Below are positions 1 to 10,681 of a stretch of 40,765 bases of DNA, one piece after another. The DNA is from Myxococcota bacterium (lineage in GTDB: Bacteria; Myxococcota_A; Polyangia; Polyangiales; Sandaracinaceae), in the NCBI GenBank assembly GCA_036149055.1, contig JAYZQJ010000008.1, positions 1 through 40,765 of the forward strand, given 5' to 3'. Position 1 is the stretch's first letter, and each line of letters begins with the position of its first letter. A program made the position numbers and the translations under genes. Below the pieces are notes generated by a model. It was not told where the DNA came from, made no database searches, and saw only the letters and a program-made list of their open reading frames with translations.

Positions 1-2594
1 CCCCGAAGATCGACTGGGAGCAATGGATCGGCGTCCGCGGCGCCGCCGCCTTCGGCGCCTGCATCCTCGTCCTCGCCGGCGTCTACTTCTTCGAATACTC
101 CATCGAGCACGGCTGGATCACCCCCGCCATGCGCGTCATCGCCGGCACCCTCGTCGGCCTCGGCTGCATCCTGGGGGCGGAGCTCCGGCTCCGGAAGACG
201 CACACCGTCCTCGCGAACTGGCTGGACGGCGCCGGCATCGCGATCCTCTACGTCGCCTTCTGGGCCGGCAAAGCCCTGTACGGTCTCTACCCCACCTGGG
301 CCGCCTCCGGCATGTTGATCGCGGTCACCGCCGCCTGCGTCACGCTCGCGGTGAAGCGGGACGCGCCCGCGGTCGCGGCGCTCGGCCTGCTCGGCGGCTT
401 CGCCACCCCGCTCGCGCTCAGCACCGGGCAGGACCGACCCTACGCGCTCTTCAGCTACCTGCTGCTGCTCGACGGCGCGATGCTCTGGGTCGCCTACCGC
501 CGCCGCTGGGCGTGGATGGCCATCCTCTGCCTCGTCGCCACCGCCTTCTACCAGCAGGGCTGGCTCCTCGCGCGCCTCGACCAGCCGCGCGTCCTCCTCG
601 GCGTCGCGCTCGTGGCCATCTTCGCCGCCGTCTTCGCCGCGCTCCCGAACGAGCGGGCGACCCAGAAGGAGAGCGCGCTCTGGAAGCTCGCGCGGAGCGC
701 CGGCGTGCTCATCCCGCTGCTGTTCACCGTGCCCCTCGCGGTGCGCGGCGACCTCGGAGACACCTACTGGCCGACCGCGGTGCAGCTCGTCTTGCTCAGC
801 GCGGCGGCGTGCTGGGTCGGGCGGCGGCACGGCAGCTTCCTGCTGCCCACCGGAGCGGCGCTGATCTCGCTCGGCACCCTGCTCGGCTGGGGCGTGGCCC
901 ACGTCCCGGAGACCGCGCTCGAGGTGTGGAAGCTCGCCGGCCTCGCCATCGCCCTCGGGGTGGTCTTCCACGGCGCGGCCGAGCTGCGCCGGGACGCGGC
1001 GCCGAGCTGGGTGCCGGCCGCGACCTTCCACGTCGGCGGGCTGATCGTGCTTGCCCTCAGCGCGGCGTGGGTGGACGACGCCGGGCCGTGGCCGTGGCTC
1101 GCGGTGGCCGGCGCGCTCGCGGTCTTCGTCGCGCGGCTGTCGCACCGGGCGGAGCGCTCGATGCTGCAGCTCGCCTCGGGCGTGCTGTGCGCGGTGGGCC
1201 TCGGGACGGCGATGGCCGCGCAGGCCGGGCGCGACGGACAGCCCGACGCGGCCCTCTACCTGGGCGTCGTCGCCGGCGCGGCCGCGCTCTTCCAGCTCGG
1301 CGGGCTCTTCCGCCGCGCGCCCGAGGCCCGCGCGGGCGGTGATCACGCGGCCATCCTCTTCGCGCTCGGCGCGATGGTGTTCGTGCCCGCGCTCGCCTGG
1401 CGCGAGGTCGCGGGGCAGCACCTCTTCCTCTACCTCGCCACCGGCGCGCTCTCGATGCTCGCGCTCCTGGGCGCGGCGCGCCGCGGCAGCGGCCTCTGGA
1501 TGGCGGCCACGCTCGCCGTCACCGCCCTCGTCCAGCAGTCGTGGCTGCCCGAGCAGACCACCGGCGTGGACCTGGTGGGGCTCGGCGCCTTCGCGGTGCT
1601 CTTCGCGCTGGCACCGGTCCTCGCCCCGCGCCGGCTCCGGGAGCAGCCCTGGGCCTGGCGCACCGCGGCGCTGTCGGGCCCCCTCTACCTCCTCGGCCTG
1701 CGCCACGCGTGGCTCGAGGTCCTCGGGCCGGACGCCATCGGCCTGCTCGCGCTCGGGCTCGCCGCCCTCTCGATCGGCGCCGCCTACGCGGTGCGGGCGC
1801 GCGGCCCCGAGAAGGACGAGGCGCGCCGGGTCGCGATGGTGTGGCTGACCGCGAGCGCGGCCGGCTTCGTCACCCTCGCGATCCCGCTCCAGCTCTCGAA
1901 CGAGTGGATCACCGTCGGGTGGGCGCTCGAGGCGCTCGCGCTGACCGCGCTCTGGCGCCGCTTCGATCACACCGGGCTCAAGTACCTCTCGGCCGCGCTC
2001 TCCACCGCGGTGCTCGTGAGGCTCCTGCTCAACCCCTACGTGCTCGACTACCACCCCACGAGCGCCATGCCGGTGCTCGGCTGGCTGACCTACACCTACG
2101 TGGTCCCGGCGCTCTGCCTGGTGGGGGCCTGGGCGCTGCTCCGCGGCGAGGAGGCCTCGCGCCGCCGGCCCTGGGAGCGCTCGCTCTTCGGCGACAAGCA
2201 CGCGATCGTCGCCAACTACTCGGCGGCCGGCGCCCTGCTCCTCGTGTTCGCGTGGATCAACCTGACGATCTTCGAGTACTTCGCTCCCGGAAGCGAGCTG
2301 GTCATCCCCTTCGACCGGCTGCCGGCCCGCGACCTGACGCTCTCGATCGCCTGGGCGGTGTACGCGCTCTTCCTGCTCGCGCTCGGCATGTGGCGTCGGA
2401 GCACCTCGCTCCGCGTGACGAGCCTCGCGCTCATCCTCGGGACCAGCGGCAAGGTCTTCCTCTACGACCTCGCGCACCTCGCGGATCTCTACCGGGTGGC
2501 CTCGCTCGCCGGGCTCGCCATCTCCCTGATCGTCATCTCGCTCGCCTATCAGCGCTTCGTGTTCCGCAGCCAGACCCCCGAGGAGGCCCGATGA
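1..2594 (+). CDS. DUF2339-like polytopic membrane protein, 5'-truncated by the window edge
   Basis: The frame of ORF 129..2594 is open from position 3 (PKIDWEQWIGVRGAAAFGACILVLAGVYFFEYSIEHGWITPAMRV). It has many hydrophobic helices, GLLGGFATP, and a C-terminal KVFLYDLAHLADLYRVASLAGL typical of DUF2339. Confidence 0.85.
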   Translation, partial: PKIDWEQWIGVRGAAAFGACILVLAGVYFFEYSIEHGWITPAMRVIAGTLVGLGCILGAELRLRKTHTVLANWLDGAGIAILYVAFWAGKALYGLYPTWAASGMLIAVTAACVTLAVKRDAPAVAALGLLGGFATPLALSTGQDRPYALFSYLLLLDGAMLWVAYRRRWAWMAILCLVATAFYQQGWLLARLDQPRVLLGVALVAIFAAVFAALPNERATQKESALWKLARSAGVLIPLLFTVPLAVRGDLGDTYWPTAVQLVLLSAAACWVGRRHGSFLLPTGAALISLGTLLGWGVAHVPETALEVWKLAGLAIALGVVFHGAAELRRDAAPSWVPAATFHVGGLIVLALSAAWVDDAGPWPWLAVAGALAVFVARLSHRAERSMLQLASGVLCAVGLGTAMAAQAGRDGQPDAALYLGVVAGAAALFQLGGLFRRAPEARAGGDHAAILFALGAMVFVPALAWREVAGQHLFLYLATGALSMLALLGAARRGSGLWMAATLAVTALVQQSWLPEQTTGVDLVGLGAFAVLFALAPVLAPRRLREQPWAWRTAALSGPLYLLGLRHAWLEVLGPDAIGLLALGLAALSIGAAYAVRARGPEKDEARRVAMVWLTASAAGFVTLAIPLQLSNEWITVGWALEALALTALWRRFDHTGLKYLSAALSTAVLVRLLLNPYVLDYHPTSAMPVLGWLTYTYVVPALCLVGAWALLRGEEASRRRPWERSLFGDKHAIVANYSAAGALLLVFAWINLTIFEYFAPGSELVIPFDRLPARDLTLSIAWAVYALFLLALGMWRRSTSLRVTSLALILGTSGKVFLYDLAHLADLYRVASLAGLAISLIVISLAYQRFVFRSQTPEEAR

Positions 2595-4690
2595 GGTCCG
2601 CGCTCACCTTGCTCTGCTCGCTCGCGCTGCCGCTGACCGCGGCCGCCCAGTCCCCGCACGATCCGGCGCGCCTGTTCCCGCGGGAGGCCGCGGTCAGCGC
2701 CCCCGCCGGTCGGCCCATGCGCCTGCCGCTCCCGGCGGAGGTCCTCGCCGAGACCCGCGGCGACCTGAGCGACCTGCGCCTGCACGACGCCGAGGGGCGC
2801 GAGGTCAGCTACCTCGTCGACAGCGGCGCGCGCCCCAGCCGAGATCCGGTCTCGTTCGAGATGGAGCCGCTCTCGGTCCGCCGCCGGGTGCAGCGCGGCG
2901 ACTCGCTGATCGCCGAGTGGGAAGAGATTCTCGAGGTCTCGACCCCCGGAGACGCGCCGCCCGACAGCCGCTGGCGCCTCTGGATCGAGGCGGGCGCGGC
3001 GGACTTCGTGCGCGACGTGGTGGTCACGCGCCTCGACGGTGAAGCCCCGGAGGAGCTCGCCCGGGCGACGGTCTTCCGGTTGCCCGCGCCGGTCCGCGAG
3101 CGGCTCTGGGTCGACCTGCCCGCGAGCGTGAGCGGGGCGGCGCGGCTCGAGGTGAAGGTGACGGGGGAGGGCGGCTACCTCGAGCCGACCCTGCGCTTCA
3201 CCGCCAGCCCCGGCGTGGTCGAGCCTCCGGTGCATCGGGTGCCGCTCGAGGCGATCGGGGTGCGCGCCGCCGACGGCTCCACCTTCCTGGAGCTCGAGCG
3301 GCCCGGCGGCCTGGTCCCGGACCGGCTCGTGCTCCGCACCGAGACCGGGAGCTTCCACCGCCGGGTCCGGGTGCACGACGTGCAGCAGGGGCGCGCGGCG
3401 GTCGAGATCGCGGCGGCCGACGTGTTCCGGGTGCGCGAGATCGAGGGCGCCGAGCAGCTCGAGATCGATCTCCGCCGCGCGCGCGGCGAGCGCCTGCGGG
3501 TGGAGATCGTCGACGGCGACAGCCCCCCGCTCGAGGGCCTGGAGATCACGGCCGAGGTGCGGGCGCCGGCGCTCATCTTCGATCCGCACGCGGAGTCGCT
3601 CTGGCTCCGGTTCGGCGGCGGGCGGGCCCGGGCGCCGCGCTACGACCTGCAGGTGCTCGGCGGCACCCGGCTCGGGGCGCGGCTCCTCGAGATGGCCGAC
3701 AACCTCCCGGTCGCCACCCTCGGGCCCATCCGCGACAACCCCCGCTTCGACGACGGCCCGGCCCTCGCCTTCGCGATGCGCCCCGGTCGCGCGCCCGAGG
3801 CCGCGTCCTTCACCCACGTCGCCCCGGTGACGGTGAGCGGGGCGCGCGAGGGGCTCAGCCGGCTCCGCCTCCCGCCGAGCGTGCTCGCCGCCGCGCGAGA
3901 GGACCTCGCCGACCTGCGGGTGGTCGGCGCCGACGGTAGGCAGTGGCCGTACCTGCGCTCGCCTTCGGATACGGTCGACCTCGTCGACGCCACCGTCGAG
4001 CCGGGCGAGGCCGACGCGCGCGCCTCCCGCTACGTCCTCGTGCCGCCGGCCGCGCCGGCCCGCGCCAACGGGCTCGTGCTGCACACCGACGCGCCCTACC
4101 TCGCCCGGGACTACGTGCTCTGGGCGCACCCGTCCGAGGGGGAGCGCTTCGTGATCCAGCGCGGGCGGCTCGAGCGGGCGCCCAACGACGCGGCGCCGAT
4201 CCGGGTCGACTTCTCCGACACCCGGGCCGACCGGTTCGAGCTCGAGATCCTCGACGGGAGCGACGCGCCGATCGCCATCGACCGGGTGCGCCTCTCGCTG
4301 CCGAGCCCGACCCTCTTCCTCGCGGCGCCCGACGGCGACTACCAGCTGCTCGCGGGCGACCCGCGGGCCGAGCCGCCGCGCTACGAGATCGAGGACGCCA
4401 CCGATCTGCTGCTCTCGGTGCGCGCGGCGGACGCGACGGTCGGCGCGGCGACCACGAACCCGCTGCACGTCGAGCCCGAGTGGTGGGAGGGCGCCGACGC
4501 CCACACCTGGATCCTCTGGGCGGTGCTGCTCCTCGCGGTGCTGGTGCTCGGCGGGCTGACCCTGCGGCTCGCCGCACAGCCCGAGCCCGAGCCGGCCGGG
4601 GAGGGGGCGCCGGCCGACGAGGAGTCCGAGGAGCCCCCCGCCCAGGAGCCGCCCGCCGGGGGCGAGGGCGGCGAGCCGACGACGTTTTGA
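2591..4690 (+). CDS. DUF3999-like exported protein with signal peptide, two similar modules and a C-terminal TM anchor
   Basis: ATG 2591 overlaps the upstream stop (ATGA) after AGGAGG. Signal peptide MRSALTLLCSLALPLTAAA; motif DLSDLRLHDAEGREVSYL recurs as DLADLRVVGADGRQWPYL; C-terminal WILWAVLLLAVLVLGGLTLRL. DUF3999 genes commonly neighbour DUF2339 genes. Confidence 0.7.
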   Translation: MRSALTLLCSLALPLTAAAQSPHDPARLFPREAAVSAPAGRPMRLPLPAEVLAETRGDLSDLRLHDAEGREVSYLVDSGARPSRDPVSFEMEPLSVRRRVQRGDSLIAEWEEILEVSTPGDAPPDSRWRLWIEAGAADFVRDVVVTRLDGEAPEELARATVFRLPAPVRERLWVDLPASVSGAARLEVKVTGEGGYLEPTLRFTASPGVVEPPVHRVPLEAIGVRAADGSTFLELERPGGLVPDRLVLRTETGSFHRRVRVHDVQQGRAAVEIAAADVFRVREIEGAEQLEIDLRRARGERLRVEIVDGDSPPLEGLEITAEVRAPALIFDPHAESLWLRFGGGRARAPRYDLQVLGGTRLGARLLEMADNLPVATLGPIRDNPRFDDGPALAFAMRPGRAPEAASFTHVAPVTVSGAREGLSRLRLPPSVLAAAREDLADLRVVGADGRQWPYLRSPSDTVDLVDATVEPGEADARASRYVLVPPAAPARANGLVLHTDAPYLARDYVLWAHPSEGERFVIQRGRLERAPNDAAPIRVDFSDTRADRFELEILDGSDAPIAIDRVRLSLPSPTLFLAAPDGDYQLLAGDPRAEPPRYEIEDATDLLLSVRAADATVGAATTNPLHVEPEWWEGADAHTWILWAVLLLAVLVLGGLTLRLAAQPEPEPAGEGAPADEESEEPPAQEPPAGGEGGEPTTF

Positions 4691-4730
4691 CCGTAACGCG
4701 AGGGCGTCGGGCCCCTACGTGATGGGCGGA

Positions 4731-5339
4731 ATGACCGACGCCTTCGTTGATGACCGGCGCGGAATCGGGGATGCTCGCCCTCGCATGGCCGTGGCCGCCG
4801 AAGACGTCGAGCTGGTGGTGTCGCTGGCTCGCGGAGACCGCGAGGCGCTGGGGCACCTCTACGATCGGCACGGGGCGCCGATGCTCGCCCTCGGCATGAA
4901 GCTCCTCCGCGACCGGGGCGAGGCGCAGGAGATCCTCCACGACGTCTTCCTCGAGGCGTGGAAGCACGCGGGCGACTACGACCCGTCGCGGGGCGCGGTC
5001 CGCACCTGGCTGATGCTCCGGATGCGCTCCCGCTGCCTCGATCGGATCAAGAGCGCGGCCCGCAGCCGCACCTCGTCGGCGGGCGAGCAGCTCGAGCGGG
5101 TGGTCGGCGCCGCGCCGGCCGAGGCCGCGCAGCACGCCGACGCGCAGCGGGTGCACGGCGCCCTGGCCGAGCTGCCCGACGACCAGCGCCGCGTGCTCGA
5201 GCTGGGCTACTTCGCCGGCCTGAGCTGCTCCGAGATGGCCGAGGAGCTGTCGATCCCCATCGGGACGGTGAAGTCTCGCATGCACGCGGCGATGAAGAAG
5301 CTCCGGGCCACGTTCAGCGCGGGGAGGCTCGACGAATGA
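4731..5339 (+). CDS. ECF sigma-70 family RNA polymerase sigma factor
   Basis: Region 2 (ALGHLYDRH..EILHDVFLEAW..YDPSRG..WL) and region 4 (LPDDQRRVLELGYFAGLSCSEMAEELSIPIGTVKSR). The start could be 4719, 4731 or 4785. Confidence 0.9.
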   Translation: MTDAFVDDRRGIGDARPRMAVAAEDVELVVSLARGDREALGHLYDRHGAPMLALGMKLLRDRGEAQEILHDVFLEAWKHAGDYDPSRGAVRTWLMLRMRSRCLDRIKSAARSRTSSAGEQLERVVGAAPAEAAQHADAQRVHGALAELPDDQRRVLELGYFAGLSCSEMAEELSIPIGTVKSRMHAAMKKLRATFSAGRLDE

Positions 5340-5403
5340 ATCCGCGTTGCGATCGAACCGATCCGCGGCACGCTTCGTACGAACACCTGGGACCGAGACC
5401 CTC

Positions 5404-5985
5404 GTGAGCCGCTGGGAGAAAGACCTGATCGACGCGTTCCTCGCCGAGGTGGAGGCGGAGGACGTCGACGCCCTGGTGAGCGCGACCGCGCCCGAGGGCG
5501 CGCCGCCGCCGGCGGATCTGCGCGCGAGGCTGCTCGCCGACGCGCGGCACGAGGGCCGCTTCGCCCGCTTCGTGCCCTCGGTGGCCTCGCTGCTCGACGT
5601 CGACGACGCGACGGCGCAGCGCCTCCTCGACGGCATCGCGGTGCCGGAGAACTGGTACGACTCCCCGATCGAGCCGATCCGCCTCTACGACCTCGAGGGC
5701 GGCCCGAAGGTGCAGAACGCCATCCGCGGCTTCGTCCGGATGCCGGCGGGCTCGAGCTTCCCGGAGCACGAGCACCTCGGCACCGAGCACGTGCTCGTGG
5801 TGCAAGGCTCGTTCGTCGACTCGAGCGGCGAGGTGCACCACCCGGGCGACGTCGTGCGCATGGAGGGAGGCACCTCCCACGGGTTCGAGGTCCGCCCCGG
5901 TCCCGACCTCGTCTACATGTTCGTCGGCGAGAACGGCGTACGCATCGGCGACGTGGTGTTCGGGCCGGATACCGACGCGCTGTGA
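5404..5985 (+). CDS. ChrR-like cupin-domain protein, probable anti-sigma factor
   Basis: PPPADLRARLL anti-sigma-type linker, then cupin motifs FPEHEHLGTEHVLVVQG and PGDVVRMEGGTSH. Directly downstream of an ECF sigma gene. Start GTG 5404 (TTG 5347 possible). Confidence 0.8.
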   Translation: MSRWEKDLIDAFLAEVEAEDVDALVSATAPEGAPPPADLRARLLADARHEGRFARFVPSVASLLDVDDATAQRLLDGIAVPENWYDSPIEPIRLYDLEGGPKVQNAIRGFVRMPAGSSFPEHEHLGTEHVLVVQGSFVDSSGEVHHPGDVVRMEGGTSHGFEVRPGPDLVYMFVGENGVRIGDVVFGPDTDAL

Positions 5986-5991
5986 TTTGTC

Positions 5992-6015
5992 GGGAGGGGC
6001 TTTCAAGCCCCTCCC
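5992..6015. terminator. Perfect hairpin just after the cupin stop; possible terminator or first stem of a larger structured element
   Basis: GGGAGGGGC-TTTCAA-GCCCCTCCC, a 9-bp perfect inverted repeat. No U-tract follows. Confidence 0.4.
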
Positions 6016-6320
6016 TCCCGCTGCGCCGTCAGACCCGTGTCCGCTCCGGGTGCGTCCGCACCTCCGCCGACACGGGTCAGCCGGCTCCGCGGGGCCCCCC
6101 CACCCAAGTCGCGCGCCTGCGGCGCGCGTATCCCGCGCGCCGCGCGTGAGCCACGCGGCTCGCGCTCGCGCTGCGCGCGAGCTGGCCGCCCGCTGCCGCG
6201 GGATCGAACGGGCGGGGTGGTGCGTGCGGCGACGTCGCTGCGCTCGTCGCCTGCCGTCGTCTCGGGGCCTCCGCCGCGGTTGGCTCGGCGGCTGTAGGAC
6301 GGGATCACCCCTTCGCTTCG

Positions 6321-6405
6321 CTTGGTTCCCGCGCCTTCGTTCCCGCGCCTTCGTTCCCGCCCCCTTGGTTCCCGCGCCTTCGTTCCCGCCCCCCTCGTTC
6401 CCACC
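6321..6405. repeat. Tandem 14-15 nt repeat, about 6 copies (CTT[CG]GTTCCCGC[GC]C)
   Basis: cttggttcccgcgc / cttcgttcccgcgc / cttcgttcccgccc / ccttggttcccgcgc / cttcgttcccgccc / ccctcgttcccacc read directly. Confidence 0.85.
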
Positions 6406-6506
6406 CATTCCTCCTCGCCTCCGTTCTCCCCTCTCCCTGACACCGGTGGCCGAGCCGGCGGCAGTCGTCGGGGACGCGGCGAGCCGCCGATGCGCGCCGC
6501 CCCAGG

Positions 6507-6557
6507 TCTCTCTTCCTTGCTTCTTCCCTTCCTCGCTTCCTGTGAGTAGGGAGGACC
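6507..6557. repeat. Dispersed pyrimidine-rich repeat, copy 1 (copy 2 at 17277-17327)
   Basis: tctctcttccttgcttcttcccttcctcgcttcctgtgagtagggaggacc aligns with tctctctctcctcgcttccctctttcctcgcttcctgcgagtcggaggtcc. Confidence 0.7.
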
Positions 6558-6579
6558 GAGCGGGCGGGCGATCGAGGGA

Positions 6580-8874
<2,295 letters not shown>

Positions 8875-8938
8875 GGTTGCAGGTTCGGGATAGTGCCGCC
8901 GAGCGACGGATGCGAGTACGGCCGCCGGGCCCGCTTCT

Positions 8939-10681
8939 TCAGCGCGCGCGTCGGCGGCGGCGCTGCTCCCGCCGTCGCTGCCGTCGCTCGCGGCGCAGAC
9001 GCCGCCGCCGCTCGCGCGCGGTCTCCGCCGGGGGCTCGGCCTCGGGGGGCGGCTCCTCGGCCGCCGGCTCTTCCGGCGCGGGGTCGGGCGAGGGGGTCGC
9101 GCCGCCGGTGCCCGCCGCCTCGCCCTGCAGATACCAGGGAGTCGAGGGGTCGGCGCTCGTGCCGACCGGGGCCGCCGGCTCGGTCTCCCGGGGCTCCTCG
9201 GCCGCCGGCTCCGGCTCCTCCGCGTCCTGGGGCTCGGTCCCCGGCCCGCGGATGTGACCGGCGTCGAGGCGCCAGCGCACGGTGAGTCCGAAGAACGGGG
9301 CCCCCATCTCGTAGTCGCCGTTGCCGACGTAGACCGTCTCGACCTCGCTGCCCGGGGGCCGGATGGGGTTGGCCTGCGGCACCGCGCTGTTGCGCACGCT
9401 GCGGCTCGCCATCCAGAGGTAGCCGACGACGGCGTCGAGCGAGACCTCGTCGGAGAGGTTCACGGTGGCGCCGCCGCTGAAGATCAGCTTGTCGCTGTCG
9501 ATGGTCAGCGGGGTCAGGTAGGCGTCGGAGAACGCGCCGTTCTCGAAGCTGAAGCCGAGGCGCGCGGTGACGATGTCGATGTCGAGCTCGCCGCCGAGCC
9601 GCAGGCTGATGGTGTCGTTCATCTGGCGGGGGATGCTCAGCGGCCCGACCTCGTACTCGAGGCCGCCGCCGAGCGCGCCCTCGATCCAGACGTCGCGCGG
9701 CACGATGCGGGCCGCGTCCTGCACCGACCAGGTCTCGTACACGGCGGCGGCCTCGATCCGCAGCCCGGTCATCGGCGTGACCTCGACGCCGAGGCGGAAC
9801 ACCCAAGGGAACTCGAGCTGGGTGTCCGCCCGGGTGTTCTCGCGGCACGGGTCGGTCTCGTCCTCGTGGTCGCACCCGGCGCCGCGGTTGACGACCTCCG
9901 CGCCCTCGAAGGCGGCGGCCGGCGGCGGTCGCACCCGGAGCCGCGCGCTGCCCTCGAGGTTGAACGGCGTCGAGACGCTGAAGCCGATCTTGAGCGCGTC
10001 GATCGGCTGGACGACCGCGCCGAGCACGAAGAGCGGGAAGACGGTCGGCAGCGCGATGTTGGCGACGCCGTCGTACTCCGGGTCCTCGGGGAACGAGCAG
10101 ATGACGCCGTCGCAGGCGCTGAGCGCCACGGTGGCGTCGAACGAGCCGATGAGCAGGTGCGCGGCGAGGCCGATCGACAGCTCCTCGATGGGACGCCACG
10201 CGGCGGCCGCGGCGGCGGTGGCCAGGAGGCTCCCCTCGAGCGAGAGCAGGGAGTAGCGCTGCGGCGCGTCCGGCTCCTGTGGCCAGTCCATCAGCGCCGA
10301 GTTCGGCGCCTGGAGCGTCAGCGCGAACGTCCACTCGGGCAGCTCGTCGAGCGAGAAGGAGCCGCCGAGCGTGGGGATGGGCAGGTAGGTGTGGTAGCCG
10401 CGCGCCGGGCGCAGCGTGTTGCCGCCGCCGTCGATGCGCGTGAACGTGGTCTCGAAGAGGGTCAGCGTGCCGTCGAGCAGCAGCTGATCGCCCGACCACG
10501 CGAGGCCGGCCGGGTTGTACCAGACCGCGTGCGGGTCGTTGGCGCCGGCCACGAACGCGCCGCCGCGCCCGAGCGGACCCGTCCCCCGCGGCGCGAGATA
10601 GAACCCGCCCGCCGACGCGCGGTCGGCGGGCAGGAGCGCGGCGAGGATCGCGAGGGCGATCAGGGACGCGCGCAGCGCCAC
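8939..10681 (-). CDS. FadL/TodX-family outer-membrane channel for hydrophobic compounds, with a low-complexity C-terminal extension
   Basis: Signal peptide, then GGFY..GRGGAFVAGANDPHAVWYNPAGL (FadL N-terminal hatch with NPA motif) and amphipathic beta strands. Likely start GTG 10681, overlapping the upstream gene by 22 nt. Confidence 0.85.
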   Translation of the reverse strand: MALRASLIALAILAALLPADRASAGGFYLAPRGTGPLGRGGAFVAGANDPHAVWYNPAGLAWSGDQLLLDGTLTLFETTFTRIDGGGNTLRPARGYHTYLPIPTLGGSFSLDELPEWTFALTLQAPNSALMDWPQEPDAPQRYSLLSLEGSLLATAAAAAAWRPIEELSIGLAAHLLIGSFDATVALSACDGVICSFPEDPEYDGVANIALPTVFPLFVLGAVVQPIDALKIGFSVSTPFNLEGSARLRVRPPPAAAFEGAEVVNRGAGCDHEDETDPCRENTRADTQLEFPWVFRLGVEVTPMTGLRIEAAAVYETWSVQDAARIVPRDVWIEGALGGGLEYEVGPLSIPRQMNDTISLRLGGELDIDIVTARLGFSFENGAFSDAYLTPLTIDSDKLIFSGGATVNLSDEVSLDAVVGYLWMASRSVRNSAVPQANPIRPPGSEVETVYVGNGDYEMGAPFFGLTVRWRLDAGHIRGPGTEPQDAEEPEPAAEEPRETEPAAPVGTSADPSTPWYLQGEAAGTGGATPSPDPAPEEPAAEEPPPEAEPPAETARERRRRLRRERRQRRREQRRRRRAR

